Source: an uncultured Bacilli bacterium
Lineage (GTDB): Bacteria; Bacillota_I; Bacilli_A; RF39; UBA660
NCBI GenBank assembly: GCA_947629815.1
Contig: CANRFG010000002.1
Coordinates: forward strand, 7,539-71,538
Direction: 5' to 3'
DNA: 64,000 nt
The notes under the pieces: generated by a model
Databases searched by the model: none
What the model was told of the DNA's origin: nothing
Seen by the model: the letters and a program-made list of their open reading frames with translations, nothing else
Shown: one piece after another, positions 1 to 10,367 of the stretch
Numbering within the stretch: the stretch's first letter is position 1
How the letters are laid out: each line of letters begins with the position of its first letter
Position numbers and translations under genes: made by a program

Positions 1-1
1 T

Positions 2-1072
2 GGTAAAATCTCATCAGTTTCAAGAAGTGATGTTAATATAGTTGCGACAGTTAATCCTAAGACAAAGCAAGTATTGTTGACTACTATACCAAGAGATTAT
101 TATGTACAATTAAATGGAACTACAGGTTATAAAGATAAGTTGACTCATGCAGGTGTATATGGCGTTGATAAATCTTTAAAAACTATTGAAGATTTATTAG
201 ATATTAAAATAAATTATTATGTAAAAGTAAACTTTACTTCACTTATTAAAATGGTAGATGCAGTTAATGGAATAGATGTATATTCTAAATATAGTTTCAA
301 AGGAGAAAAATATACATTTAAAGCTGGTTATAATCATATGAATGGAGAACAAGCCTTAGAATTTTCAAGAACTAGAAAAACATTAGCAGGTGGTGATAGA
401 GCAAGAGGGGAAAATCAAGAAGCAGTTATAGCAGCTTTAATAGATAAAGTTTGTTCTAAAACTATAATAACTAATTATATTAGTATATTAGATTCATTAG
501 ATGATTCATTTGTTACTAATATGGAAGAAAGTAAAATAACAGATTTAATAAAAATGCAATTAAACGATATGTCTAAATGGAATGTTACAAGTATTTCATT
601 AGATGGAACTAATGGATATGATTATACATACTCATATAAAAATCAAAAACTTTATGTAATGATTCCAATTGAATCTACAATTACATCAGCAAAAAGTAAA
701 ATAAAAGCAGTATTTGATGGAGAAAAATTAGATTCTTCATATGAAGAATTCGATGGCTCTTCTAGTACAGTAACAACTAAGTCAAATAATACAAATAATT
801 CAAAACCAAATAGTACAAGTACAACTAATACAAATCCAAGTAGTAATTCTAGTAGTTCTAATGAAACTACAAATCAACCAAGTTCTAATGAAGAAAATAC
901 TACTAATAATAATTCGACAGAGGAAAATGATAATAAAACAGAACTAAATAGTGAAACAGATAATCAATCTAATAATGAATCAAATGAGCAATTTAAAGAG
1001 CCTGAGAATAATGATTCTAATTGTACTATGGTTGATGGTGAATGTATGGAGCAACATACACCTGATGCATAA
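2..1072 (+). CDS. LytR-CpsA-Psr (LCP) family cell-envelope phosphotransferase, 5-prime truncated by window edge; C-terminal Ser/Thr/Asn-rich low-complexity tail
   Basis: Frame 2 is open from the window edge (GKISSVSRSDVNIVATVNPKTKQVLLTTIPRDYYV). The LCP core motifs are present (YVKVNFTSLIKMVDAVNGIDVY ... GEQALEFSRTRKTLAGGDRARGENQ). The listed ORF start at 74 is an internal TTG. Confidence 0.8.
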   Translation, partial: GKISSVSRSDVNIVATVNPKTKQVLLTTIPRDYYVQLNGTTGYKDKLTHAGVYGVDKSLKTIEDLLDIKINYYVKVNFTSLIKMVDAVNGIDVYSKYSFKGEKYTFKAGYNHMNGEQALEFSRTRKTLAGGDRARGENQEAVIAALIDKVCSKTIITNYISILDSLDDSFVTNMEESKITDLIKMQLNDMSKWNVTSISLDGTNGYDYTYSYKNQKLYVMIPIESTITSAKSKIKAVFDGEKLDSSYEEFDGSSSTVTTKSNNTNNSKPNSTSTTNTNPSSNSSSSNETTNQPSSNEENTTNNNSTEENDNKTELNSETDNQSNNESNEQFKEPENNDSNCTMVDGECMEQHTPDA

Positions 1073-1095
1073 AATAATGTATAATAATGTAAAAA

Positions 1096-1117
1096 ACACA
1101 ACAATTGTGTTTTTTTT
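1096..1117 (+). terminator. Rho-independent terminator (ACACAA-caa-TTGTGT + T7)
   Basis: Perfect 6-bp stem followed by a 7-T run directly after the LCP stop codon. Confidence 0.6.
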
Positions 1118-1154
1118 GAAATGTTTTATAGTATAATGATATTGGTGATATACT

Positions 1155-2390
1155 ATGGATAAAAGTATAAAAGAAGCTTTATTTAACGAATATAATAGAC
1201 AAAATAATAATATTGAACTTATAGCTTCAGAAAATTTTGTTTCAAATGATATTTTAAAATTGCAAGGAAGTATACTAACAAATAAATATGCAGAAGGATA
1301 TCCTGGAAAAAGGTATTATGGTGGATGTAAATATATAGATGATATCGAAAATTTGGCAATAAAATATGCATGTTTATTATTTGATTGTAAATATGCGAAT
1401 GTACAACCACATAGTGGAAGTTCTGCTAATATGGCAGTTTATAGAGCTTTATTACAACATGGAGATAAAGTAATGGGTATGAATTTAAGTCATGGTGGGC
1501 ATTTAACACATGGACATAATATTAATTTTAGTGGAATAGACTATAAAATTGTTTCTTACGAACTAAATAAAGAAACAGAATTGATTGATTATGACGAATT
1601 AGAAAAAAAAGCATTAGAAGAAAAACCAAAAATGATAATAGCTGGTGCAAGTGCTTATTCAAGGAAAATAGATTTTAAAAGATTTAGAGAAATATGTGAT
1701 AAATGTGGAGCTATACTTATGGTAGATATGGCTCATATAGCAGGTTTGGTTGCAGCAGGACTACATGAAAATCCAATTTATTATGCAGATGTAGTAACAT
1801 CAACAACACATAAAACCTTAAGAGGCCCAAGAGGTGGATTAATACTAACTAATAACGAAGAAATAATAAAAAAAATAAATAAAACTATATTTCCAGGTAT
1901 ACAAGGTGGACCACTTATGCATGTTATTGCTGCAAAAGCTCAATGTTTTTACGAAGCATTACAACCATCATTTAAAGTATATCAAGAGCAAGTATTAAAA
2001 AATATAAAAGCTTTATCAAAAGTTTTAACTGAAAATGGTATTAGAATAGTATCAAATGGAACTGATAATCACTTAATACTTGTTGATGTCAAATCAATAG
2101 GTTTAAATGGACTTGAGGCAGAACAAATACTAGATAGTATAAATATAACTGTAAATAAAAATACAATTCCATATGAAACATTATCGCCAACAATAACAAG
2201 TGGAATTAGAATAGGAAGTCCTGCTATGACAACAAGAGGAATGAAAGAAGAAGAATTTACTTTAATAGGCAACATTATAGTTGAAGCGTTAAAAAATAAA
2301 GATGATGAAAAAAAATTAAATGAGCTAAAAGAACAAGTATCAAATTTAGTTAAAAAATTTCCATTAGAAATAGAGGGATATAATGAGTAA
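1155..2390 (+). CDS. glyA: serine hydroxymethyltransferase
   Basis: Full-length SHMT motifs ([23 protein letters not shown]), 411 aa. Confidence 0.95.
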   Translation: MDKSIKEALFNEYNRQNNNIELIASENFVSNDILKLQGSILTNKYAEGYPGKRYYGGCKYIDDIENLAIKYACLLFDCKYANVQPHSGSSANMAVYRALLQHGDKVMGMNLSHGGHLTHGHNINFSGIDYKIVSYELNKETELIDYDELEKKALEEKPKMIIAGASAYSRKIDFKRFREICDKCGAILMVDMAHIAGLVAAGLHENPIYYADVVTSTTHKTLRGPRGGLILTNNEEIIKKINKTIFPGIQGGPLMHVIAAKAQCFYEALQPSFKVYQEQVLKNIKALSKVLTENGIRIVSNGTDNHLILVDVKSIGLNGLEAEQILDSINITVNKNTIPYETLSPTITSGIRIGSPAMTTRGMKEEEFTLIGNIIVEALKNKDDEKKLNELKEQVSNLVKKFPLEIEGYNE

Positions 2391-3219
2391 TATAGATGGT
2401 AAATTAATAAGTTCAAAAATAAGAGAAGAAATAAAAACAGAAGTTAAAAATTATATGATAAAACCATGCTTAGCTGTGATACAAATAGGAAATGATGAAG
2501 CAAGTAATATTTATATAAACGCTAAGGAAAAAGCTTGTAATGAAGTTGGAATATATTTAAAACATATAAAATTTGATGAAACAACAAGAGAAATAGAAAT
2601 AATAAATAAAATAATTGAACTTAATAATGATGAATATGTACATGGTATACTACTACAATTACCAATACCTCAAAAATTTAACGAAGAAAGATTAATTAAT
2701 TATATAGCTAGAAATAAAGATGTAGATGGATTAACTGATATAAATGTTGGTAAACTTCTTAATAATAAAAAATGTTTGGTTTCTTGTACACCACAAGGAA
2801 TAATGAAGTTATTACAAGAATCAAATGTTGAAATAAGTGGTAAAAATGTTGTAATAGTTGGAAGAAGTAAATTAGTAGGAAAACCACTTATGAGTTTATT
2901 TTTAAATAATGATGCAACTGTTACAATATGTCACTCAAAAACACAAAATTTAAAAGAATTTACTAAAAATGCTGATATATTAGTAGTTGCAGTTGGGTGC
3001 AAACACCTAATAACAAAAGATATGGTTAAAGATGGAAGCGTTGTAATCGATGTTGGAATAAATAGAGTAGATGGAAAAATATATGGCGATGTTGATTATG
3101 AAAATGTAAAAAATAAAGCCTCTTTAATTACTCCTGTTCCAGGAGGGGTTGGACCAATGACAGTTGCTATGCTTTTAAATAATGTTAATATTTCATATAA
3201 AAATATGACTAATAAATAG
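2383..3219 (+). CDS. folD: bifunctional methylenetetrahydrofolate dehydrogenase/cyclohydrolase
   Basis: FolD motifs ([56 protein letters not shown]). It overlaps the glyA stop, consistent with an operon. Confidence 0.93.
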   Translation: MSNIDGKLISSKIREEIKTEVKNYMIKPCLAVIQIGNDEASNIYINAKEKACNEVGIYLKHIKFDETTREIEIINKIIELNNDEYVHGILLQLPIPQKFNEERLINYIARNKDVDGLTDINVGKLLNNKKCLVSCTPQGIMKLLQESNVEISGKNVVIVGRSKLVGKPLMSLFLNNDATVTICHSKTQNLKEFTKNADILVVAVGCKHLITKDMVKDGSVVIDVGINRVDGKIYGDVDYENVKNKASLITPVPGGVGPMTVAMLLNNVNISYKNMTNK

Positions 3220-3236
3220 TAAATTATTGACTAAAA

Positions 3237-3467
3237 CATAAAAAAAATATATAATTTACTTATAAATTATCTTTTTAACAAGTTATTATATGTAGTATTA
3301 AAGAGAGAATGTATTGGGTGTAAGCATTTATACAAGTATAATAAAAGACATTAAAAATTATAGATAAATCGTTCATTCGCGTTAAGAATTTAAGCGCATG
3401 TTATTATTATAATATGAATTAAGGTGGCACCGCGGATTTTCCGTCCTTATTTTTAAGGACTTTTTTT
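3237..3467 (+). promoter_or_regulatory. T-box riboswitch leader (sigma-A promoter TTGACT-17-TATAAT at 3237-3265; AGAGA box about 3300; T-box sequence AATTAAGGTGGCACCGCGG at 3417-3435; terminator GTCCTTA-tttt-TAAGGAC + T7 at 3443-3467) controlling hisS-aspS
   Basis: Near-consensus T-box 19-mer sits immediately 5-prime of an intrinsic terminator and directly upstream of hisS. This is the standard T-box expression-platform arrangement. Confidence 0.85.
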
Positions 3468-3482
3468 ATTAGGAGGGATAAT

Positions 3483-4754
3483 ATGATACAAAAGCAAAAA
3501 GGGACATATGATGTATATGATGAAATAGGAAGAAAAATATTATATATCGAAGATTTACTTAAAGCATTAATGGAAAAATATAACTATGAGTATTTAAGAA
3601 CACCTTTATTTGAAGCAAGTGAATTGTTCCATAGAGGAGTTGGAGAAACTTCTGATATAGTATCTAAAGAAACATATGACTTTATTGATAGAGGAAATAG
3701 AAATATAACATTAAGACCAGAAGGAACTGCAGGAATTGTTAGAAGTTTTATTGAAAATAAAATGTATGCTAGAAACGATTTACCTGTAAAAACTTGGTAT
3801 TATGGTCCAATGTATAGATATGAAAGACCACAATCAGGTAGGTATAGAGAATTTTATCAATTTGGTGTAGAAGCCTTTGGAAGTAATGACCCTGCCTTAG
3901 ATGCTGAAATAATTAGTATTCCTGTTAATTTTTATAAATTATTAGGTTTAAAGGGAATAAAAGTTAATATTAATAGTTTAGGTGATACTGAGTCAAGATT
4001 AAAATATAAAGAAGCATTAATTAAATATTTAAAACCACATATATCTAATCTTTGTGAAGATTGCCAAAATAGATTTTTAAAAAATCCACTTAGAATATTA
4101 GATTGTAAAGTAGATAAAGATAGTGAAATTTTAAAAAATGTTCCAAATATTTTAGATTATTTAAATGAAGAAAGTAAAACACATTTTGAAAGTGTTCAAA
4201 AATATTTAAAACAATTAGACATTGAATATGTTGTAAATCCAAAAATAGTAAGAGGCCTTGATTATTATACTAATACTGTATTTGAAGTTGAAGCATCTGT
4301 AGAAGGATTTGGTAGTCAAAATGTTTTGTGTGCAGGTGGTAGATATAATAATCTTGTAGAAACTATAGGTGGCCCTAAAGTAGAGGGAGTAGGCTTCGCA
4401 CTTGGACTTGAAAGATTACTTACCGCTCTTGAATTTGAAGATATAAATTTAATAGATAAAAAATCAGTTGATGTATATATTATACCTATGGGTAATAATG
4501 AAAAAGAAATTTCAATGAAATTACTTAATAATATTAGAATGAATGGTTTCAGCGCAGATATCGATTATTTAAGTAGAAACATTAAATCTAATTTTAAACA
4601 AGCAGATAGATTAAATGCTAAATACATAATAATAATTGGAGAAGATGAACTTAAAACAAATACTATTACAATAAAAAATAATAAAACAAAAACTGAACAA
4701 AAATTAAATTTTGATGATATAATAGATTACTTAGATAAGGAGTTTAAGGAATGA
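3483..4754 (+). CDS. hisS: histidyl-tRNA synthetase
   Basis: Class II HisRS motifs (LRPEGTAGIVRS, YYGPMYRYERPQSGRYREFYQFGVE, GGRYNNLV). Confidence 0.95.
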   Translation: MIQKQKGTYDVYDEIGRKILYIEDLLKALMEKYNYEYLRTPLFEASELFHRGVGETSDIVSKETYDFIDRGNRNITLRPEGTAGIVRSFIENKMYARNDLPVKTWYYGPMYRYERPQSGRYREFYQFGVEAFGSNDPALDAEIISIPVNFYKLLGLKGIKVNINSLGDTESRLKYKEALIKYLKPHISNLCEDCQNRFLKNPLRILDCKVDKDSEILKNVPNILDYLNEESKTHFESVQKYLKQLDIEYVVNPKIVRGLDYYTNTVFEVEASVEGFGSQNVLCAGGRYNNLVETIGGPKVEGVGFALGLERLLTALEFEDINLIDKKSVDVYIIPMGNNEKEISMKLLNNIRMNGFSADIDYLSRNIKSNFKQADRLNAKYIIIIGEDELKTNTITIKNNKTKTEQKLNFDDIIDYLDKEFKE

Positions 4755-6058
4755 AAATAAAAGATTTAGCTAATTATGATAATAAAGAAGTAGTAGTACA
4801 AGGATTTGTAGATAATATAAGAAATTTACAATATGTTGCATTTGTTATATTAAGAGATAAATTTGATAAAGTACAAATAACAATTGAAAAAGAAATAGAA
4901 GAAAATAAATCCTTAATACAAATTATAGAAAATTTACCACTTGAGAGTACTTTAAAAGTTACAGGTAAAGTTATGAAAAATGAAAAAGTTAAACTAAATG
5001 GAATTGAAATAATACCTTCTAAAATAGAAGTAACAAGTACATCTTTAGGTGAACTTCCAATAGATATTAAAAATAAAGATAATACATTAAGAGAAACAAG
5101 ATTAGATTATAGATATTTAGATTTAAGAAGAGTAGAAAATCAATTATTATTTAAGTGTCAATCATATATTGAACAAATGATGAGAGAATATTTTTACAAT
5201 AATGATTATACAGAAATACATACTCCAAAAATAAGCGCAAGTAGTGCTGAAAGTGGAGCTGAAATGTTTAAACTAGATTATTTTGGACAAACTGCTTGTT
5301 TATCTCAATCACCACAATTTTATAAACAAATGACTATGTCTTCTGGATTTGATAAAGTATTTGAAATAGGGCCTGTTTTTAGAGCAGAAAATTCTCATAC
5401 TAGTTATCATGCAACTGAAATTGAAATGATTGATGTTGAAATATCATGGATTAATTCAGTAGATGATGTAATGGATGAAGAAGAAAAATGGGTTAAATAT
5501 TTTATGTCTAAATTAAAAGAAAAATATGGAGAAGAAATTAAAAAAGTATTTAATGTTGAAATATCAAATGTAGATACAGATTTTCCAAGAATAAAATTTG
5601 AAGATGCTAAAAAGATAATAAAAGAAAAATATAATTTTACATCTGAAAGAGAAGACGATTTTGAAAGAAAAGAAGAAGAATTAATATGCAAATATGCTAA
5701 AGAAAAATACAATAGTGATTTTGTATTCATAACTAATTTTCCTTATAGTGCAAGGTCATTTTATGTAATGAAAGATGATAATGGTGTAACACAAACTTAT
5801 GACTTACTTTTTAAAGGTATAGAAATAACAAGTGGAGCACAAAGAGAACATAGATATGATATACTTAAAAAACAAATAATTGAAAAAGGAATTGATACAA
5901 ATTTATTACAATTTTATTTAGATTTCTTTAAATATGGTTGTCCTCCACATGGTGGTTTTGGTGTAGGTATGGGAAGAATACTTATGCAAATATTTGAAAT
6001 AGATAATATTAGAGAAGCTACTTTAATATATAGGGGACCAACTAGGTTAAATCCATAG
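4751..6058 (+). CDS. aspS: aspartyl-tRNA synthetase, short archaeal/type-2 form (435 aa; AsnRS not fully excluded)
   Basis: Class IIb motifs (GFDKVFEIGPVFRAENSHTSYHATE, GCPPHGGFGVGMGRILM). The C-terminus RGPTRLNP resembles the type-2 AspRS ending (...RLtP). It is translationally coupled to hisS, as in Firmicute hisS-aspS operons. Confidence 0.7.
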   Translation: MKIKDLANYDNKEVVVQGFVDNIRNLQYVAFVILRDKFDKVQITIEKEIEENKSLIQIIENLPLESTLKVTGKVMKNEKVKLNGIEIIPSKIEVTSTSLGELPIDIKNKDNTLRETRLDYRYLDLRRVENQLLFKCQSYIEQMMREYFYNNDYTEIHTPKISASSAESGAEMFKLDYFGQTACLSQSPQFYKQMTMSSGFDKVFEIGPVFRAENSHTSYHATEIEMIDVEISWINSVDDVMDEEEKWVKYFMSKLKEKYGEEIKKVFNVEISNVDTDFPRIKFEDAKKIIKEKYNFTSEREDDFERKEEELICKYAKEKYNSDFVFITNFPYSARSFYVMKDDNGVTQTYDLLFKGIEITSGAQREHRYDILKKQIIEKGIDTNLLQFYLDFFKYGCPPHGGFGVGMGRILMQIFEIDNIREATLIYRGPTRLNP

Positions 6059-6076
6059 TAGTTAGGGGGTATTGGT

Positions 6077-7480
6077 ATGGACGAGAGACTTAAAAATTTA
6101 AAAGTTGCTGTTTTATTGCAAAAAGGAAAAGTAGACGATAATTTAACAATTTTATTTCCTATTGGATTTTCTTTAGGAGAAGTAAGTAAAGATAGAAATT
6201 TAATGTATGAATATTCAACTGACAGAGTATATAAAAATGCAAAGCAAATTTTACTTGATGATGAAGAAATTTACTCATTTTATAATGATTTTTCATTGGA
6301 TGAATTATTACAAAGATATGAAAACAAGAATTTACCACAAATATTTAAAATTTTAGGTAATTATTATCGTGAAAATGTGTATTTCTTTGATGAAACTAAT
6401 ACGATTAAAAACATGGAAATAAAAGAATTTGAAAAAAAATATGAAATAACATTAACAAATGAAGATATTGATGAAGTTGAGGAAGAAAATGAAAAAATTA
6501 CAACTTTACCACCTATAAAAAAGGCATATGATACTATTAGTGAAAATGTATTTTCTCAAGATTCAGCAATTAAAAAAATTTTAACGGCAATTTATAAAAA
6601 CTTTTTGATTTCTGATTCTAGATTTAAAACAAATATAATTATGTATGGTGAATCTGGGGTAGGTAAGACAGAAATATTAAGACAAGTAAAAAATGTTTTT
6701 GGTTTGCCTGTTGTAATAGAAGATATGAACAATTATACTCAAACAGGTTATATTGGTAAAAATATTGAAGATTTACTTAAGAAACTTTATATAGAAGCAG
6801 GATGTAATATTTTTCTAGCGCAAAGAGGTATATTATGTTTAGATGAAATTGATAAAAAAGTTTCGAATTCTTCTTTAAATGGTGATTCAATAGCAACTAC
6901 TTCTGTTTTAAATGCTTTGTTAAAATTAATCGAAGGTGGAGAATATGAGTTTGAATATGATGGTAATATTGTTAAATTTGATACTTCATATTTAACTGTG
7001 ATAGCGAGTGGTGCTTTTTCTCAATTAAAAGACAGAGTAGATTCAAATAAAAAGAAAATTGGTTTTAATAATGAAATTTCTAAAAGTTATGAATTTGTAA
7101 CTGATGATTTTATAAGTTATGGTCTTCCAAGAGAATTTGTAGGTAGATTTAATTGTATCATCAAATTAAATGACTTAAAAAAGGAAGATTTAAAAAACAT
7201 ATTATTAAATTCAAATATAAGTTCTTTAAAGATAAATATCGATATGTTAAAGAAGTTAGATACAGATGTACATTTATCAGATAATTTAATTGATAAAATT
7301 GTTGAAACTGCCTATAATCAACATACAGGCGCTAGAGCATTAAATAAAATTATTAATGAATTGTTTGATGATGCCTTCTTCGATATATTTTCTACTGATG
7401 TTGAAGATAGTTTGATGCTAGAATTTAATGATGATGCAATGGAAAATAATAAAAAATTTGTAATTTCTAAAAAAGGATGA
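6077..7480 (+). CDS. ClpX-family AAA+ unfoldase paralog lacking the N-terminal C4 zinc-finger domain (novel 170-aa N-domain)
   Basis: Walker A GESGVGKTE; pore-1 loop GYIG; AQRGILCLDEIDKK; LNALLKLIEGG; an IGF tripeptide (KKIGFNN) at the ClpP-docking-loop position; sensor-2 TGARALN. No CxxC motifs at the N-terminus. Confidence 0.7.
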   Translation: MDERLKNLKVAVLLQKGKVDDNLTILFPIGFSLGEVSKDRNLMYEYSTDRVYKNAKQILLDDEEIYSFYNDFSLDELLQRYENKNLPQIFKILGNYYRENVYFFDETNTIKNMEIKEFEKKYEITLTNEDIDEVEEENEKITTLPPIKKAYDTISENVFSQDSAIKKILTAIYKNFLISDSRFKTNIIMYGESGVGKTEILRQVKNVFGLPVVIEDMNNYTQTGYIGKNIEDLLKKLYIEAGCNIFLAQRGILCLDEIDKKVSNSSLNGDSIATTSVLNALLKLIEGGEYEFEYDGNIVKFDTSYLTVIASGAFSQLKDRVDSNKKKIGFNNEISKSYEFVTDDFISYGLPREFVGRFNCIIKLNDLKKEDLKNILLNSNISSLKINIDMLKKLDTDVHLSDNLIDKIVETAYNQHTGARALNKIINELFDDAFFDIFSTDVEDSLMLEFNDDAMENNKKFVISKKG

Positions 7481-8091
7481 TGATAATGATTATAAATTAT
7501 CAATTAAAATTAGAAGAAATAATAAATGAAAATAAAGATAAATTACCAACATTACTTCTTCATAGTTGTTGTGGACCTTGTAGTAGTTATGTTTTAGAAT
7601 ACTTAAATAAATATTTTAAAATAACAATATTATATTATAATCCTAATATATATCCTTATGATGAATATAAAAAAAGACTTGATGAACAAGTAAGATTAAT
7701 AAATGAATTAAATGTTGAAAATAAAATAAGTATGCTAGAATGTAGTTACGATAATAACGAATATGAGAATGTAATAAAAGGTTTAGAAAACGAAAAAGAG
7801 GGTGGAAGCAGGTGTCATAAGTGTTATGAACTTAGATTAGAAAAAACTGCTAAACTAGCTAAGGAAAATAATTTTGATTATTTTTCTACTACATTAACTG
7901 TAAGCCCTTATAAAAATTCTCAAGTTTTAAATGAAATAGGTTCTAAATTAGAAAAAAAATATAATGTTAAATATTTATATTCTGATTTTAAGAAAAAAAA
8001 TGGATATAAGAGAAGTATAGAATTATCTAAAATATACAATTTATATAGACAAAATTATTGTGGTTGTATTTATTCAAAAAAAACGGATTAA
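7477..8091 (+). CDS. queH: epoxyqueuosine reductase QueH (DUF208)
   Basis: LLLHSCCGPCSSYVLEYL cysteine cluster and CGCIYS C-terminal motif typical of QueH; 204 aa. Confidence 0.85.
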   Translation: MMIMIINYQLKLEEIINENKDKLPTLLLHSCCGPCSSYVLEYLNKYFKITILYYNPNIYPYDEYKKRLDEQVRLINELNVENKISMLECSYDNNEYENVIKGLENEKEGGSRCHKCYELRLEKTAKLAKENNFDYFSTTLTVSPYKNSQVLNEIGSKLEKKYNVKYLYSDFKKKNGYKRSIELSKIYNLYRQNYCGCIYSKKTD

Positions 8092-8104
8092 TCCGTTTTT
8101 TATA
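8075..8104. terminator. bidirectional intrinsic terminator between convergent queH and def (A-run, AACGGA-ttaa-TCCGTT, T-run)
   Basis: Perfect hairpin flanked by A7 and T5 runs; it overlaps the stop codons of both genes. Confidence 0.6.
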
Positions 8105-8648
8105 TTAGTCTTATTTCATTTTCATTAAAGAAAGGTTTATTTTTATCTATTCTATCAAAAAATAATATTCCATTTAAGTGGTCTATTTCATGTTGAAATG
8201 CAATTGATAAATCTTCCCTTGCTCTAATTCTTATTTTGTTTCCATCTTCATCGAATCCTTCAACAGTAACTCTTGCATATCTTGGAACATGTCCTTCAAC
8301 ATCTCTATTTACGCTTAAACAACCTTCGCCAGCTTCTGCAGCAATCATTTCTTCAGAATTACTTATAATTTTAGGATTAATTACTACATAATTATCAAAT
8401 TTTCCTTCTTCATATTCATGTACGATTATTATTATTCTTTTATTTAATCCAAGTTGAGGAAAAGCAAGTCCCATTCCTGGTCTTAAGTTATATTTTTTTT
8501 CGTATTCTTCTATTTGACTATATGTTAATTCTTGAATAGCTTGTTTTATTAATTTTTTATCTTCTTTTGTTAATGGAAAAACAACATCAATTGATTTTTC
8601 TCTTAAACTTTTTTCTTTTTCATCTAAAATATTAAGTTTTTTAAACAT
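8100..8648 (-). CDS. def: peptide deformylase
   Basis: Def motifs GMGLAFPQLG, EGCLSV and QHEIDHLNG are present. Confidence 0.9.
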   Translation of the reverse strand: MFKKLNILDEKEKSLREKSIDVVFPLTKEDKKLIKQAIQELTYSQIEEYEKKYNLRPGMGLAFPQLGLNKRIIIIVHEYEEGKFDNYVVINPKIISNSEEMIAAEAGEGCLSVNRDVEGHVPRYARVTVEGFDEDGNKIRIRAREDLSIAFQHEIDHLNGILFFDRIDKNKPFFNENEIRLI

Positions 8649-8727
8649 AATACCAACTCCACGAATATTATTTTAGCACAAAATACTAAAAAATAAAAGA
8701 AACTTCGAATTTTCGAAGTTTTTATTA

Positions 8728-8901
8728 TTAGTTTTGACCAGGTCCAAAAGCACGAGCTCCTATTACAATAACTAATAATATGAATAATACTAATATGATA
8801 GCAGCACCATATCCAGCGCCATATCCGTAACCTCCACCATTAGAGTATCCACCGCAAGGTTGACCGCAACCATATCCTTGGTATCCACCATAGTAATACA
8901 T
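8728..8901 (-). CDS. YjcZ-family sporulation micro-protein (57 aa, Gly/Tyr-rich N-terminus plus one hydrophobic helix); absent from the supplied ORF track (below its length cutoff)
   Basis: Hand translation gives MYYYGGYQGYGCGQPCGGYSNGGGYGYGAGYGAAIILVLFILLVIVIGARAFGPGQN. A strong RBS (GGAGGTATTAAT) precedes the ATG at 8899-8901. The terminator hairpin at 8701-8720 follows the stop codon. Confidence 0.6.
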   Translation of the reverse strand: MYYYGGYQGYGCGQPCGGYSNGGGYGYGAGYGAAIILVLFILLVIVIGARAFGPGQN

Positions 8902-9050
8902 ATTAATACCTCCATTTCCTAATATAGTTTATTAATTATGTTTAAATAATGTTATATAAAATGTCTAGTTTTTAAATTTTTATTTATGAATTGTTTAATT
9001 AATTTAAAATATGTGTTATTATATAAGAGTAGGTGAGTATATGAAAGGTA

Positions 9051-10198
9051 TTAAAAATACATATCGTGATTTAGATAAACCATTACTTTTTATTACAATC
9101 GGACTATTTATATTTGGTTTATTTAATATAGTAACTGCTTCTAGTAATGAAGCTGTTGAGAGATATGGTGTTTCTATATATTATTATTTTAGTAGACAAT
9201 TATTTATACTTTTTATAGGTTTTATAGCAAGTTTAATTATTTTTAAATTAAATACAAAAACTTATAAACCTCTTTTTACTGTTGCCTTTTTGGTTATTTC
9301 AGCTATTCTTTTTTATTTACTTTTATATGGTTCATTTAATAGAGGTGCAAAGAACTGGGTAAGTATTGGAGGATTTTCTTTTCAGCCTAGTGAATTTGCA
9401 AAACCAATTATAATAGTTTGTTTATCACTTATATTTGATAGTTTTTATAAAATTTTTAGAAATAAAAATAAAAAACATTATAATTTAATAGCTTTAGTAC
9501 TTTTTGTTGGTCTTATGTTACCAGCTATAATATTTTTACAAAAAGATTTAGGAACTATGTTTATAATGATTTGTATATTTTTAGTAATGTTTTTTGGAAG
9601 TCCAATACTAAGAGTAGAAAAAGTAAAAACTATTGGATTACTAGCAGTGCTTGGTCTTATAGCAGTATTAATGATGCAAGTAATTACAGGACATGTACTT
9701 AGTAATGCTCAACTTGCTCGTTTTAATTTTTTTAGTCCTTGCAGTAATTATGAAACAGGTGGTTATCAAACTTGTAATGGTTTTATTGCTATAAATAATG
9801 GTGGGCTTTTAGGTAGTGGTATTGGTAATAGTAAGCAGAAATATTCTTATATTCCAGAACCTCATACTGATATGGTATTTTCTATAATAGCTGAGGAGCA
9901 AGGCTTTATTAAAGGTTCTATTATTCTTATATTTATGTTTTATGTTGTTTACAGAATACTTAAAATATCTGCAAATGCTTCTACTATTAAAGGCAAATAT
10001 ATTTGTTTGGGGGTAGCATCGTATATATTTATGCATATGTTAGTCAATTTAGGTGGTATACTTGCTATTATGCCACTTACAGGTGTTCCTCTTCCTTTCT
10101 TAAGTTATGGTGGTTCGTTTACTTTATCGTTGATTGTTTCTTTAGCAATTGTTCAAAGAGTCAATATTGAAACAAGAAATCAAAAAATAAAAGTATAA
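9051..10198 (+). CDS. SEDS-family peptidoglycan glycosyltransferase (FtsW/RodA/SpoVE family)
   Basis: Polytopic membrane protein with the SEDS C-terminal signature (PLTGVPLPFLSYGGSF). The ATG at 9051 has RBS AGGTGAG; the listed 9011 start is less likely. Confidence 0.85.
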
Positions 10199-10306
10199 AT
10201 TTATTTAAAAATTTATATTTTTTATATAAATCTGTAAAGTGGATATGATAAAAGTGTAAAGTTTTATACTTTTTTTTCATTTTTTTAAAATTATGCCCCA
10301 AACCAC

Positions 10307-10340
10307 TTGACAAATGTCATGGGGGGGGGGGCATAATATA
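10307..10340 (+). promoter_or_regulatory. promoter of pilin-like gene 1: -35 TTGACA (10307-10312), spacer containing an 11-nt poly-G tract (10321-10331), -10-like CATAAT/TAATAT (10332-10339)
   Basis: Seen directly. The spacer length is 19 nt to CATAAT or 21 nt to TAATAT, set entirely by the G-run length. Confidence 0.55.
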
Positions 10341-10367
10341 AGTAAATAATAGAAAAGAGGAAGTAAA

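Noticed and set aside
781-1060. Apparent tandem repeat / low-complexity nucleotide region (AAT/AGT/ACA-rich)
   Set aside because: It is the in-frame Ser/Thr/Asn-rich tail of the LCP protein, not a CRISPR or satellite repeat. There are no regular spacer-repeat units.
951-1136. 61-aa plus-strand ORF overlapping the LCP gene tail
   Set aside because: Alternative frame of the LCP low-complexity C-terminus that runs into the terminator; no RBS.
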